This document shows, one piece after another, positions 38,701 through 51,578 of a stretch of 64,000 nt of DNA. The translations under genes and the position numbers were made by a program. Origin of the DNA: Phoronis australis (Eukaryota; Animalia; Phoronida); contig NMRA01000532.1 of the NCBI GenBank assembly GCA_002633005.1, positions 114,032-178,031 of the forward strand, written 5' to 3'. Every line of letters begins with the position of its first letter. The first letter of the stretch is position 1. Below the pieces are notes generated by a model, which made no database searches, was not told the origin of the DNA, and saw only the letters and a program-made list of their open reading frames with translations.

Positions 38701-40071
38701 GTAGTACTGCTAGTCGGAAGTCTCACGACAGCAGCAGCCAATGTGGTGTTGTCTATCAGAAACTACTATAGATATCCATATCACCAGACGGTGGCGAAGA
38801 TATACACAGCTGACAAGCCGTTCCCCAGTGTCTCAGTTTGTAATATGGAGGCCGTCACATCGAGCCAGGCTCATAATGTTTTCATGCAACTTATACCTGT
38901 CTTCAGAAATTGTCTATCAGATGACATTGTCAGGTATACCGAAAAAAACAAGAAATATGGAGGCTTTCCTATGTTTTACGATAACGTTGACACGATTGGT
39001 GACTACACGTGGAAACTGGAGGATATCGTAATTGATTGTAAGTACGACAGCAAGAAGTGCAACGACAGCAAAATAACCGAGTTTTTAAATTCCTATTACG
39101 GACGATGTTTCACGTTTAGCATGGACGACAATGCTATGAAAAAAATTGGCGACGAGAACGGACTATCGCTTATCCTATTTTCGTATTCTCCAAGTTTACA
39201 ACAACAGACAAACATGGCGTCCAAGTATTCCACTTTGACAGATCTTAATTCTCACGGTCTCAGAGTAATTGTGCATAATAAAGGAGAGTTTATAAATCCG
39301 TCGGTAAATTCCATCAAAATAGCGCCAGGATTCTCCACGTCCATTGCGGTTCACCCGTTGAAAACAAGGCGACTTGGTCCTCCGTTTAAGTCTAATTGCA
39401 CCGATAACAGTGGGAATTCGAAAGCAAATTGTCTACGTGCTTGTGAACAGTCTCATGTAGTCGATAGATGTCACTGCAAAGATTCAGACCTGCCGATACA
39501 CCGGCATTCTCTAGTGTCATTCTGTGGTAATATTACGGCTATTGTCAATTGCACTTACGAAAGATGGTCAAACCAAGTTGACTGTATGTTGAAAGCAAAG
39601 AACGAATTCCAACTAAAGTATTACCAGCACTGCGACTGTCAGGAAACTTGCGAAGAGTACAGTTTTAAGTTAAGTCAGTCTGCGTTTATTTGGCCCAATA
39701 ACTATGCCCCAGCTGCATTTTACAGGCAATATGTCAAGAACAAGACTTCGTCTATCGCCTTCAAGGAAATGTCGAAATACAATATGGACTTTATGTTGAG
39801 CAAAAAGTTAATCAACCAACACTTTGCGCAGGTGAACGTTTTCTTCAATAACGACGAAGTCGAAGAGATTACCGAGACAGCTAAGTATCCCAATTGGACA
39901 TGGAGCTTGCTGTCCGAAATTGGAGGCCATTTGGGCTTTTGGTGCGGCGTTTCTATTCTGACACTAACCGATGCCGTATTTTTCGGATTGAAAGTCATTC
40001 TCCATGGGCGAAAATCACGTGGAGTCACTAGCGATTTCAGTGTAAGACAAGTCAAGAACGATGAAAAATGA
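38701..40071 (+). CDS. Intact exon 2 of a type A DEG/ENaC copy with no exon 1 of its own (could splice in frame to exon 36954-37061)
   Basis: Acceptor atcattctag|GTA at 38700/38701. Uninterrupted ORF with ~22 aa differences (counted by eye) from the ORF at 20780-22108. Only the 3' ~540 bp of the type A intron lies upstream. Confidence 0.85.
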   Translation, partial: VVLLVGSLTTAAANVVLSIRNYYRYPYHQTVAKIYTADKPFPSVSVCNMEAVTSSQAHNVFMQLIPVFRNCLSDDIVRYTEKNKKYGGFPMFYDNVDTIGDYTWKLEDIVIDCKYDSKKCNDSKITEFLNSYYGRCFTFSMDDNAMKKIGDENGLSLILFSYSPSLQQQTNMASKYSTLTDLNSHGLRVIVHNKGEFINPSVNSIKIAPGFSTSIAVHPLKTRRLGPPFKSNCTDNSGNSKANCLRACEQSHVVDRCHCKDSDLPIHRHSLVSFCGNITAIVNCTYERWSNQVDCMLKAKNEFQLKYYQHCDCQETCEEYSFKLSQSAFIWPNNYAPAAFYRQYVKNKTSSIAFKEMSKYNMDFMLSKKLINQHFAQVNVFFNNDEVEEITETAKYPNWTWSLLSEIGGHLGFWCGVSILTLTDAVFFGLKVILHGRKSRGVTSDFSVRQVKNDEK

Positions 40072-41345
40072 CGCTATGAATCTAATTCACCTACATGTTA
40101 TGTGTTCATACCATTTATATTCATGTAGAAATGTAGGACGACATGTACATGTACTGTGGATGTGGCGAAGAGGCTAGCGTATAATACTAATGCATGCACG
40201 CACACAGGGGGCTCGGGGGCTCGAACAAGCTCCCTATTTGGCGAAGCGGGCAAAAAAATCCTCTTCAAAGAAATAGGAATTCCCAAAAAGTAGAAAACTG
40301 GAGAAAAATTCCACTAAAAAGGCAGGAACTACCAAATATCGATGAAAGCACAACTCATAGCTGTGAAAGTACCCAGTGAATCGTCTTTTTAAGCAAAAGG
40401 TCCACTCTCAAATTCGAGCCCCCCGATTTTTAGGCTGGGTGCGCCCATTCAGTGTTGCAAGTCACATAGTTAGCTAGCTAAGCTATTACACGTATTCAGA
40501 GGCCGCGAACACGAGGTGTGTTGTTCAGTGACCACATGGGTATCCCACTAAAAACAACATGGCATCTTTCTAGCAAGTTGAACTCGTTCCACATACTGTT
40601 TGACATTTTCAAACAGCTAACTCACGCAGTTACTGATGGCTAAAAGGGCATACCAATGACATGGCCCATGGGAGAGAGAGAAATCTCATTAATATTGCTA
40701 GAATACGCTATACATATAAATATATAACGGAATTTTCGTACAAGCAGCAGGTATTAAAACGAAGCTTGTTCTAGACATATCCGTACGTTATTTAGTTATG
40801 TTTGTTGTCAGATGTAGCTTAATTTACATGTGTCACGTGATATATTAGCGAGTTTTTGTTACCATTTTCCTCTGGTGATGGCAAGTTGCTGTCTAATAAA
40901 CAGGGTGTTTAATTGCGGTTGTTGTCGTGCTTATGTGAACTCTTGGACACTCGCTCCCCACTATTGAACCGGACGATCGGAGAGATTTCCGTACGTACTT
41001 GCAAGCGGTGAGAACAAGCCCGGATGCTCGGGGGAGAGACAGAGCAACAAATGAAGACGCTCCCTCCCTGCCTGGTACACAGGCTGAAAGTAAACAACGT
41101 CCTTTCGATTGAAGTCACAATGCTGTGTCGTGCGCTCACGCCGACTTCTTGGTGCTTTTCGGCATGTGCGTTATCAGCACGAAAAGGCTCTGCTAAACCT
41201 ATACGATTGCGTGGGTTGTTTTTGTTGAAATTTCTTTTCACGGTCACTGCAAGGCGAGTGCACATGGTGTACAATTCCATTAAGTAAACGATATCGATTC
41301 TCCAAGAGGTACGCCACTTAAAATGCCATGCTTAAACGGTTTTAA

Positions 41346-42563
41346 AGGAGAATGCCACCCGATTTAATTAGTCTTTTTTACCGACTTTTAAGTCGGTAAA
41401 AAAGACTAATTAAAATCGGTCTATATCCACATCGGCTCTTATACGGACGACGTCACCTTGCCGAGAGGTGTCGCGTTAACCTTTGAGGAAGGTGAGAACG
41501 ACGCTAGCGGCGTCAGTGGTTCATATGCAGAGTGAATGCCGCTATGTTGCGGTGCATCGTTTTCGCTTGTCCGAACTAAGCAGCTGCGAGGAAAGCGGGT
41601 AAATCGTTTTTTTTTACTTCCTCGAGAGTCCGAAATGCTTAGGAAGTGGCTCATGGTAGTGAAGAATGAAATGTACGCTGTAAATAGCACGTATGAGGCC
41701 GTGAAACATTCTCTGTGTGTGTGGCCTGCAGACGTCGACAGTGCCTGACGAATGCCGGCTTACCAAATAACTCCATACGTTCCGTTGTATGAGCTTGTTT
41801 ACGGCGCCTCTCTAGTACTTCTTCATCACTGTATTCCTGTTCGAATTGATAGCGTGTAAAACTTAACGATCCACCTGCGAAGTCGGGACTGATGATCGAG
41901 CTCTAGCTCGTCCTAAGTCGGGATTGCGAGTTGCCATGTTGGCGTTTTACTGAGCGTTGTGTTTCAAAATGAATTATTCTCACCCTAACCAATACTTATA
42001 GAAAACTGAAACAAAGTCTGTCTCATTAGATGCAATTTGTAATGCCTTTGGAGTGTTCATGAGTGCTAATGATTTGAGAAGCCAGCAATGAATAAATCAC
42101 TGCGTTACCGGCTTTAGGTGCAATAAAACTAATTGACGGGACACCGAGGCCGTGTGACCTCATGCTAATTTAGTGTTTACTGGCAGAAACTGTTTTGAAA
42201 CAACTCGATTTCCATCCCACGACCAGGTGTTAGGGAAATCTTTATTTACATTTACATTACACAAAGAATGATTGTCAATGTACAACTTCTGCCCTGACGG
42301 CCTGCTGTCAGTGAAAGCGGAGCCGGAATTCGCGGCCCCCGACGAGTAAATAGATTTGCAGTTTCACCAACATAATCACGTGAAAATTACTTTGGCTCAC
42401 TAGTATGGTATTTTCTTGACTGGAATTTTAGTTTCCACTGAGCTTTGGCTGGTTTATGGTCGTCATGTTTGATCAGTTTCCGAGCCACTGGCCGGGATAA
42501 CCAGTCAATCCGGCGGTCTGCGACAGGCCTGAACGGGCTCCGAGCCACTGGCCAGGATAACAA
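41346..42563 (+). mobile_element. 3'-truncated Kolobok-like THAP element
   Basis: TTAA|AGGAGAATGCCACCC 5' end and THAP remnant MPLCCG...FFLLPRESEMLRKW; no 3' TIR. Confidence 0.85.
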
Positions 42564-43673
42564 AAATGTAAATGCCACATTTTGTGCATTCAATGACCCC
42601 TAATTTTGCCGCTGGAGCCTTAGAACGAAATTGGTCATATTAGCCATCTCCCAAAATTGTATGTTCTCGGCAACGAAAATAAGTAACTTACAAATTAGAT
42701 TGAAAGTTGTACTTTGGTGGCTGAAATAACCAATATATATTGTAAATAATTGTTTGTTATTTACCGAAATTGAACTTCTTTGTGCTAGACATGGGAGATA
42801 ATCCAAAGACCCCTTTTCCTTGCTAATTCGAGTGGTTTATGTGACCTCTTATTGCCATATTGCACCTTGTAGTTTTATGTAACTTTTTTGAACAGACAGC
42901 TAATGACTAAGTCTTGATGACTGACCAAAATTATTGTGCCTTAATTTACTTTTAGTGAAAATTGTCTTGGACAACTGTCGATTTTGGATATGAGGAGCAG
43001 AATTTACAGACAAATTGAACGACATTTTGAACAAAAATATCTGCTTTAAATTGTTATGAAAATAAAATGTATGGTCTTTCAAATGTAAACAAGTTGTTTT
43101 CTGGAAGCATTACGCGATCAATATCAAAACTGAACCCGATGACTTTTGTCTAGTGAGTCAGTTGACATTAGGTTGAGGATATACATGTATAAAAAATTGA
43201 ACATGTAAACTTTTGTTTTCTTTCATTATCATTTACTTGACATTTTCAGATCAACTAAATGAAAACAAATCCATTTGATGTTGGAATTTGTGAGAAATGT
43301 TATTTGTAAAAACTGGTTTTGTTCTTAAAGACAAAATGAAGAACGAAGATCATTTATGCTCGTTTAGAGAATTTTCATCAAACAAGTGCGATCATAAATG
43401 CTTTGTTTCTTCAGTCAACCATGCTAAAGACACTTCAGAACTTCTGAGATGATGTAAAGTACCGCAAAAATCGAGGCCAGTGGCAGAGTATGGGCTCGTA
43501 CTAGCCAGGATAGCCACATGTAAATATGTGACTGAGCAGGACCAGTCGTGGAGTCAGGAGACTACAATTCGTAGCAACTTGCGGGGACATTACGATATGA
43601 ACGAAAAATTACAATGAGTTTTGACCGAGTCGAAGATTTTCTTGCACTGAACACAGAGCCATAACCCTCTTAA

Positions 43674-46600
43674 AGTAGAATGCCACCCGATATAATTAGT
43701 CTTTTTACCGTCTTAATCGGTCTTCATCCACATGGCCTCTTATACGGTCGACTTTATCTTGCCGTTAACCCGTGAGGAAGGTGAGAAACGACGCAGCGAC
43801 GTCAGTGGTTTGTCTGCATAGTTAATGCCGCTATATTGTGGTGCATCGTTCCCCGCTTGTCTGATTTATGAAGCTGCGAAGAAAGCGGGTATATCGTTTT
43901 TTCGACTTCCTCGAGAGCCCGAAATGCTTAGGAAGTGGCTCGCGGTATTAAAGAATGAAAGGTACGCTGTTAATAGCAAGTATGAGTACCTGAAACATCT
44001 CCGTGTCTGTGGCCGGCATTTCGTCGACAGTGATTTCTCTGAAGAATTCCAGCTTACCAAAGAACTATCCATACGTTCCGTTGTCTGTGCATGTTCACGG
44101 CGCCTCTCTAATATTTCTATATCAGTGTATTCCGGTTCGAACTGATAGCCTGTGAAACCTAACAATCCGACCTGTGATGTCTTCGTCGGATGAGCTCGTA
44201 ACTAAGTCGGGATTGGCGCCGGGCGAGTTGCCAAATGAATTATTCTCATCCTAACCAAAGCTTATATAAAACTGAAACAAAGTCTGTCTCATTAGATACA
44301 ATTTGTAATGCCTATTCAGTATTCGTGAGTGCAAATGTTGAGAAGCCAGCAATGAATAAAACACTGCGTTACCGGCTTTTGATGCCGGCAATGAATAAAG
44401 GTAATTGACCGGGCACGAAGGCCGTGTGAGCGCATGCTAATTCAGTGTTCGCTAACAGAAAGCTGTTTTGAAACAATTTCTCGATTTTCTGTTATGGTCA
44501 CATGTTAGGGGAATCTTTATTTAGAAATACAAATACATTACTCAAATCATTGTTAATGTACAACCTTTGCCCTGACGGTCTGTGGAAGGGGAAGCCGACT
44601 TCGCGGCACCCGACAAGTAAGTATATTTTCAGATTCGTGGCTAATTCACTTAAATAATTACGTGCACATTATTTCTTTGGCTCACTATTATCAGTGTTGA
44701 ATTGGGGCGTACGCGAACGTAGGCCTAGCCAACCACCTTTCAGCATTTGAACGTAGCGCCTACGCACCGTAAGTTACGTTCAGTGCTCCAGGTGATACCG
44801 TAGGCTTTCGGCTCCTACTTACCTCTACTTTTACCACTACACCACCGACTATTATAGTCTTTTCGTGATTGGAGGTTTAGTTTCCAACTCAATCTGGTTT
44901 ATGTTCGTGCCAGTCCCGGCTGCCGCGACGGGCCTGATCGGGTTACGAGCCACTGGCCGGTTAACAAGCGTTTTGTGTGTTTAGAACTCAAAAAATCACA
45001 AGTCTAAACAACATAGGTTCTCTTCTCTGTATTTCACGGAAGAATACTTCGGATTTCTCTCCGAACAGACCCCAAACTCCTGCTACGGACCTTGGTAAAT
45101 TGGCATGCCGAACTTTGTAGGCTACGGTGTCTCCAAATACCAATAAATCTGTAACAGCGAAATAAATCAACACGTTTTTATAAGAACTCGGTGTATTCTT
45201 AAGGGTTTTACATCGAAATTTCGTGATTTATTGGTGTTATACAATGAATTCAAGCGATAATTTGACACCAGTAACCCGTGTTGTAAACTGCTAAACAGAC
45301 TGCGTGTGAAAGCAATGACGTCATTGGATAATTTCAACACCTACGTGTGCCGTCAGGTGTCAGGTAACGCAACCGAACGTGCCGTTATCGAGTAGAACTA
45401 CTCGATCTAAATTGATACAAAATAGGTTGTTTTTCTGGGTGTCATTCTCCTTTAATCGGTCTATTTACACATTGCCTCTTTTACGGTCGACCTCACCTTG
45501 CCGAGAGTTGTCGCGGTAGCCTGTGAGAAAGGTGAGAAACGACGCAGCGACGTCAGTGGTTCGTATGAAGAGTGAATGCCGCTATATCGCAGTGCATCGT
45601 TCCCGCTTGTCCGAAATATTAAGCTGAGAAGAAAGCGGTTATATAGTTTTTTCGATTTCCTCGAGAGCCTGAACAGCTTAGTAAGTGGCTCGCAGTAGTG
45701 CAGAATGAAATGTACGCTGTTAATAGCAAGTATGAGGTCCTGAAACATCTCCATGTCCGGGGCCGGCATTTCATCGACAATGATTTCTGTGACGAATTCC
45801 GGCTTACCAAATAACTATCCATAAGTTCCGTTGCCTGTGCATGTTTACGGCGCCTTTCTAGTATTTCTTGATCAGTGTATTCCGGTTCGAATTGATAGCC
45901 TGTGAAACCTAACGATCCGATCCGTGAAGTCTTCGTCAGATGAGCTCTTGACTATCTAAGTCTGGACTGGCGCCGGGCGAGTTCCCATGTAGACGTTTTT
46001 TGCTTTCTGTTTCAAAATGAATTATTCTCATCCTAACCAATGCTTGTATAAAACTGAAACAAATTCGTTCTCATTAGATACAATTTGTAATGCCTTTGCA
46101 GTATTCGTGAGTGTAAATGTTGAGAAGCCAGTAATGAATAAACCACTGCGTTACCGGCTTTTGATGCCTGCAATAAATGTATTTGACCGGGCATCGAGGC
46201 CGTGAGAGCGCATGCTAATTCAGTGTTTCCTGACAGAAAGCTGTTTGAAGCAATTACTCGATTTTACATCTATGGTCACATGTTAGGATAATCATTATTC
46301 AGAAATACAAATACATTATTCAAATCATTGTTACTGTACAACCTTTGCCCTGACGGCCTGTGGTAGGGGAACCCGATTTCGCGGCCTCCGACGAGTAAGT
46401 AGATTTTCAGTTTCGTGGCTAATTCCCAGTATTTCTTTGGCTCACTATTATAGTCTTTTCGTGATTGGAGGTTTAGTTTCCAACTCAAGCTGGTTTATGT
46501 TCGTGCTAGTCCCGGCGGCCGCGACGGGCCTGATCGGGTTCCAAGCCACTGGCCCCCGGGGATAACGAGTCAATCCAGCCGCGACGGGTCTGATCTGATT

Positions 46601-47093
46601 CCAAGCCACTGGTCGGGATAACAAGATATTTGTGTGTTCAGAACTCAACACAGTTCTAGGTTCTCATGTCTGTATTTCACGGAAGAATACTTTGAATTTA
46701 TCTCCGAACAAACCCCAAACTCCTGCTATGGACTTTGGTAAATTGGCCTGCCGAACTTTGTAGGCTACGGTGCGTCCAAATACCAGTAAATCCGGAACAG
46801 CGAAATAAAACAACATGTTTTTACAAGAACTCGCTGTATTTTTAAAGGTTTTACAACAAAGTTTGATTATTTATTGGTGTTAAACGATGGATTCAAGCGA
46901 TAACCTGACACCAGTAACCCATGTTGTGAACTGCTGAATAGACTGCGTGTGAAACCAATGATGTCATTGAATAATTTCAACACCTCCGTGTGCCGTCAGG
47001 TATCAGGTAACGCAACAGAACGTGCCGTTATCGAGTAGAACTACTCAGTCTAAATTGAGACAAAAGGGGTTGTTTTTTGGGTGGCATTCTCCT
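43674..47093 (+). mobile_element. Head-to-tail dimer of Kolobok-like THAP elements (43674-45451 and 45456-47093)
   Basis: TTAA|agtagaatgccaccc; 3' TIRs followed by TTAA end at 45451 and 47093. Best-preserved THAP ORF 43825-44145 (MPLYC...AC...FFRLP...W...RVCGRHF). Confidence 0.85.
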
Positions 47094-47731
47094 TTAAGTG
47101 GCTCCCTTGTTGTGTCACTGGCTCTGACAACGAAGATAAAAAACACAAGTAAGGAAGAGTCGGCTGGTAGTCGCGTCCACAGCTTCCATGTAAACAAACA
47201 GCGACGCCTTTTATCATTTAGACGAAGCACACACGTCAGTCACATTTTATGTACAAAATATTTGTAGTAAACAATAATCATCAGTGTGGCTTTAAGATAA
47301 TGGTAATTAGTAGTGCTCCCTGTTTTTTTATATGATTTTTGCAAGCTAATCTCACGTTTCAGGAGGCTCCCTATTGGTGGATGAGGCGACTGAGAATAGG
47401 CAAACAGGACGACGTATAGATGGTGTAGATACTCGCCATGTTAAACCCAGGCTAAGAACTTTTCGATCCTGACAACTGTGGTCACAATAATGACCACTTA
47501 CATGTACAGCGATCCAGTCAATGTCATGGTGAATGCACCGCATTCAGTCCCAGAATCCTTCGCGGTTCGTCACACCACGTAAGACAATAGAACTTTCAAT
47601 GGTTTTCGGAAACTGTTTGGCAATAAGCTTCAGTTGCTTTGCTACCAAATGTAGTGGTGAGTTCGCTGATCCTTAATTTCGGGTAAGAAATAAGCGAGAA
47701 AAACACCATAGTCTTAGGCACGACAACTTTA

Positions 47732-49073
47732 CGTAATGATAAAATTAAACGAACTACGGCCTGTTTAGGACTTGATCAAGGGGGAATTGAAATGGTTAAT
47801 ATGCATACTTTCAGCAAAGCTTTAAAACTTGCTATGGCCCGTAGATATCTGGAAAGCCCTGGGTCTAAAAGTGGTGAATTACTGTACTCACTCTACCCGT
47901 TCTTAAAGAATTTTGCTTCATTTGGGATGACTTTATTAAGTCGAAGTTAACTCTAATTGGTAATTCCTACTGGCGCGACGTATTTGAAAGTATGTTATCT
48001 TTCTACAAGAAAATAATTGTTGCAAGTAAAGAGGACTTTTTGAACCAACCTTTGTGGTTTAATAGTAACTTGGCGATCGGAGGCACAGGTGTTTTTTATA
48101 AGCCTTGGTTACTTTGTAAAAGGCTTAAGATTTATTAGAGATATGTATACCTCTGATGGTGATTTTGTTAGTCTAAACAATATGAAAAATAGGTTCGACG
48201 TGAAAACCAACTTTGTAGAATATAATGGTGTTGTTTCTGTTCTAAGAAGGTTTCAAAAAAGTCTATTTCAAAGTAAATTTAAAAGTGTTAATGTCTACTC
48301 TCCTTGCATGCCTTTAGCAATTACTCACTTACGGAAAGATTTGAAGGGTTGTAGACATATTTGTTCAGTCTTTAATAACGTTAAGAAACCTAAGTCAGAG
48401 TCTAAATGGGAAATAGAGCTAGGAGATAGTTTAGATTGGAAGAAAATATATGCTTTACCTTACAAAATTACAAAGGATCCCCATATTAGATGGTTCCAAT
48501 TTAGAATACTACATAGAATTATTGCAACAAATACCTTTTTAGTCAAAATATGTGTTAGGGATTCTGATCTATGTTCCTTTTGTAATAAAGCTCCAGAGAC
48601 GCTGTCACACCTTTTTTGGGAATGTAGCTTTGTACAAGATTTCTGGAAGGAATTCGAAAAGCTACTTCAAAAGTGTGGCATTCAGCTTCCCAACTGTCTG
48701 TCTTACGATATTGTTATTCTTGGACTTTACAAGACGCAAGATTTCCTATTTAACATTTTACTTCTACTAGCTAAACAGTACATTTAGAAAGAGAGATGTC
48801 ACAAAAATATACCTAACTTTCTCAAGTTCGTTACAAAAACTTATGAATACTATAATGCTGAAAAATTAAATGCACATAAAAACTTTGTACATGACAGCTT
48901 CTCTGCAAAATGGGAAAAATTTATTGTTCATGTTAACTTCATGTAGAAGATATTTACTTTAAACGAGATATGAGAATGGTCTTCCTGAGGTGTGCATGCG
49001 TGAATGAATGGTGTACTTATTTGTTTGTTTGTTTTTGTAATTGTTTGTAAATGATAATAAATACATAAAAAAC
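47732..49073 (+). mobile_element. 5'-truncated L1/Tx1-type LINE insertion
   Basis: ORF2 C-terminus (QGGIEMVN; zf-RVT-like WFQFRILHRI...CSFC...ETLSHLFWEC), AATAAA and A-tail, acttta TSD (47726-47731, 49074-49079). Empty site at ~30881. Confidence 0.9.
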
Positions 49074-49266
49074 ACTTTATTTCACTATCTCCTCAACCAG
49101 AACCTTCACCGCCCAGCCGGCCACAACGCACGTGAAACGAAGTGGTAATTTACAAAAAATATCCCGCGTGACCCATATTGTTACATATACAGTAGACAAC
49201 GACAATAGTTAAGCAAACTGGGGTGGGGTGACAACCACGCCCACACGCCCGCACGCACGCCCGTGT

Positions 49267-49303
<37 letters not shown>

Positions 49304-51578
49304 GATTGCAATTACATTTTACACATTCTCCTTATATTTTGAAGCAGTCGTAATAAAAGTGACATTCGTACCTACTCACAATATTCCTTTCTACGTACTT
49401 TTCTATTGTAATGTAAACAAACTCCCTCGCATGCATTTAACTGACACAAATGAGCAAAACACTCCATGATATTATAAAATTTAAGAACGTTGCAATCTTT
49501 TGATTCTCAGAATGACACAAGAAGAGTCCAAATAGCGTTTCAATTATTTTTCATCAATATTTGTGCATTCAATTATATATATATATTTTCCCCCTTTCTT
49601 TTAGTGAGAACCTCCATCAAACGGATTTTAGCGCAAAATACTTCAGTCCGGCGAAACGTAAGCACAAATAACTCTAATTTAACACAACTCTAAGTATTTA
49701 CAAACTTAATTTTATTCGATTGTTTAGTTAATTGTTTATGTTTGGTGATATAACGCCTCTTAAAAGGGCCGCCGCAGTGAATGACAGGCATTTCGGTCGG
49801 GTCCGCCAGTCCTTTTTCGATAAGTGAGGGGTTTCCCGCCTTTCGCTGATTAAGTACAGGCGTGCGTTCAGTAACACTAGGACCTACACTAGGGCCTAGG
49901 CAAAATCTTTTCTAAGGCACGTGTCCTTATTTAAAATACACAACAACATCTCACGTAATCTCGTGAAGTCTTGCTTTTTAGCGAGATCCTAGCGTTAGGA
50001 GGCACAGAACAGTTATCACTGCCCACATCACTTGGTTTGTCACCTTTTATTCACTCTGTTAAAAACAGGATGCAAAGAATGACATGTTTTCAATTATTTC
50101 ACATAAGAAGCCCTGCAGATGAGTGCAGCAACTTTATTCTCTCTTGTATTTTGATCCTTTCAATCCCACTGAAAACCAAGCTAGACTAAGAAAAATAGGG
50201 GCAAAAAAGTGCAAAATCGGCATTTTTCACCCCAAAAAACACCACTTCCCTGCCAATGCACGACTAAAACCAACAATAGATTCTGAAAGAAAATTTCCTA
50301 CAGATTCCGAAAATGTGGTCCAAAACGACTGTCAACTAACTAGTTTTTTGGCAATTCTGGCTTGTTTGAGGGCTACCTAAAATCGCAGCCAATTTCTCAG
50401 TCGCTACCCAGCAATGCACAATTGCAACCGGGGGCCGCCATTTTGAAGAAGAGTGCAGCTACAGCCGAGAAAGTGGCCTTTTTATTCTCAGCATGTTCAC
50501 AAATGCAAACAAACCACATTCACTGAGCCTACATGCAATGCCCACCTACAAAATGCCCCCAAACTTGGCCTACCCCAAAATTTTAATATTTTGGCAGTGC
50601 AAATTCGCCGAGGCCGAAGCCTAAATATTAAGTGCCACCTTACTGAACGGGAAGCAGGTATGTTCGAATACACGGGAGGTAAGTGCAGACCTCTGTCCCC
50701 CGTTCAAAAGGGGGGCGGCTCTGAGTGCTGATATTTATGAATTCTTTAAACTTGCGAGCACATATGTTCATTGGAGAAACCAAAAGACCGTTCCTAACCA
50801 GATTCAAAGAACACCAGAAATTAAACATACCCGCAGCTGTGGGGGAACACATATTGGCGACTGGACATTCTACCTCCCTTGAATCATCTAAGATCTTAGC
50901 CAAAGAACAAAATTAATATGCTCGCAAGTTAAAAGATTCCATGCACATCAGCAGACAGCGCCTTCTCTTGAACCGGGACACAGGTCTACACTTTCCTCCC
51001 GTGTATTCGAACATACTTAATCAGCGAAAGGCGGGAAACCCTCACTCATCGTAAAAGGCCTGGCGGACCACGCCGAAACGTCTGCGTTTAACCTGAACCG
51101 TCTCTAAATATGTGATTATCTTCTATTGCAATACCTGTAGAGAACAATGACCAACTAATTTTTATTTTAAGCAACAATTTAGCTTACTACAAATCTTATC
51201 AATGCTAAGCTTCCACCGTGAAAATATCGTCTGCTAAAGTAAGTTACCACTGGTTACTGAGTTTAATGTCCAAATCAAAGCGTCCCGACCAGGCAAACGT
51301 TATTCGCATTCAAACTGGAGATCGATGATTTACAAGTGAGAGAAAACGACAGACAAACTTTACTGAATTAAAGATGTCGTTTTTATTGAAAATTTGCGGT
51401 ACAACACCCTTTTTTGAACATGCAATTGTTGCGCGTGCTCATATAAGTATTCCATTTTCACGTTCGATGACGTCAGCCGCTGAGTGATGCAGTGGTAAAG
51501 TCGACGGAACGAAACTCTTGCCGACCGGGCTTGAAACCTGCCTCGGTTTCGCGCCAAAATGTTATTCAACGGCGTTAA

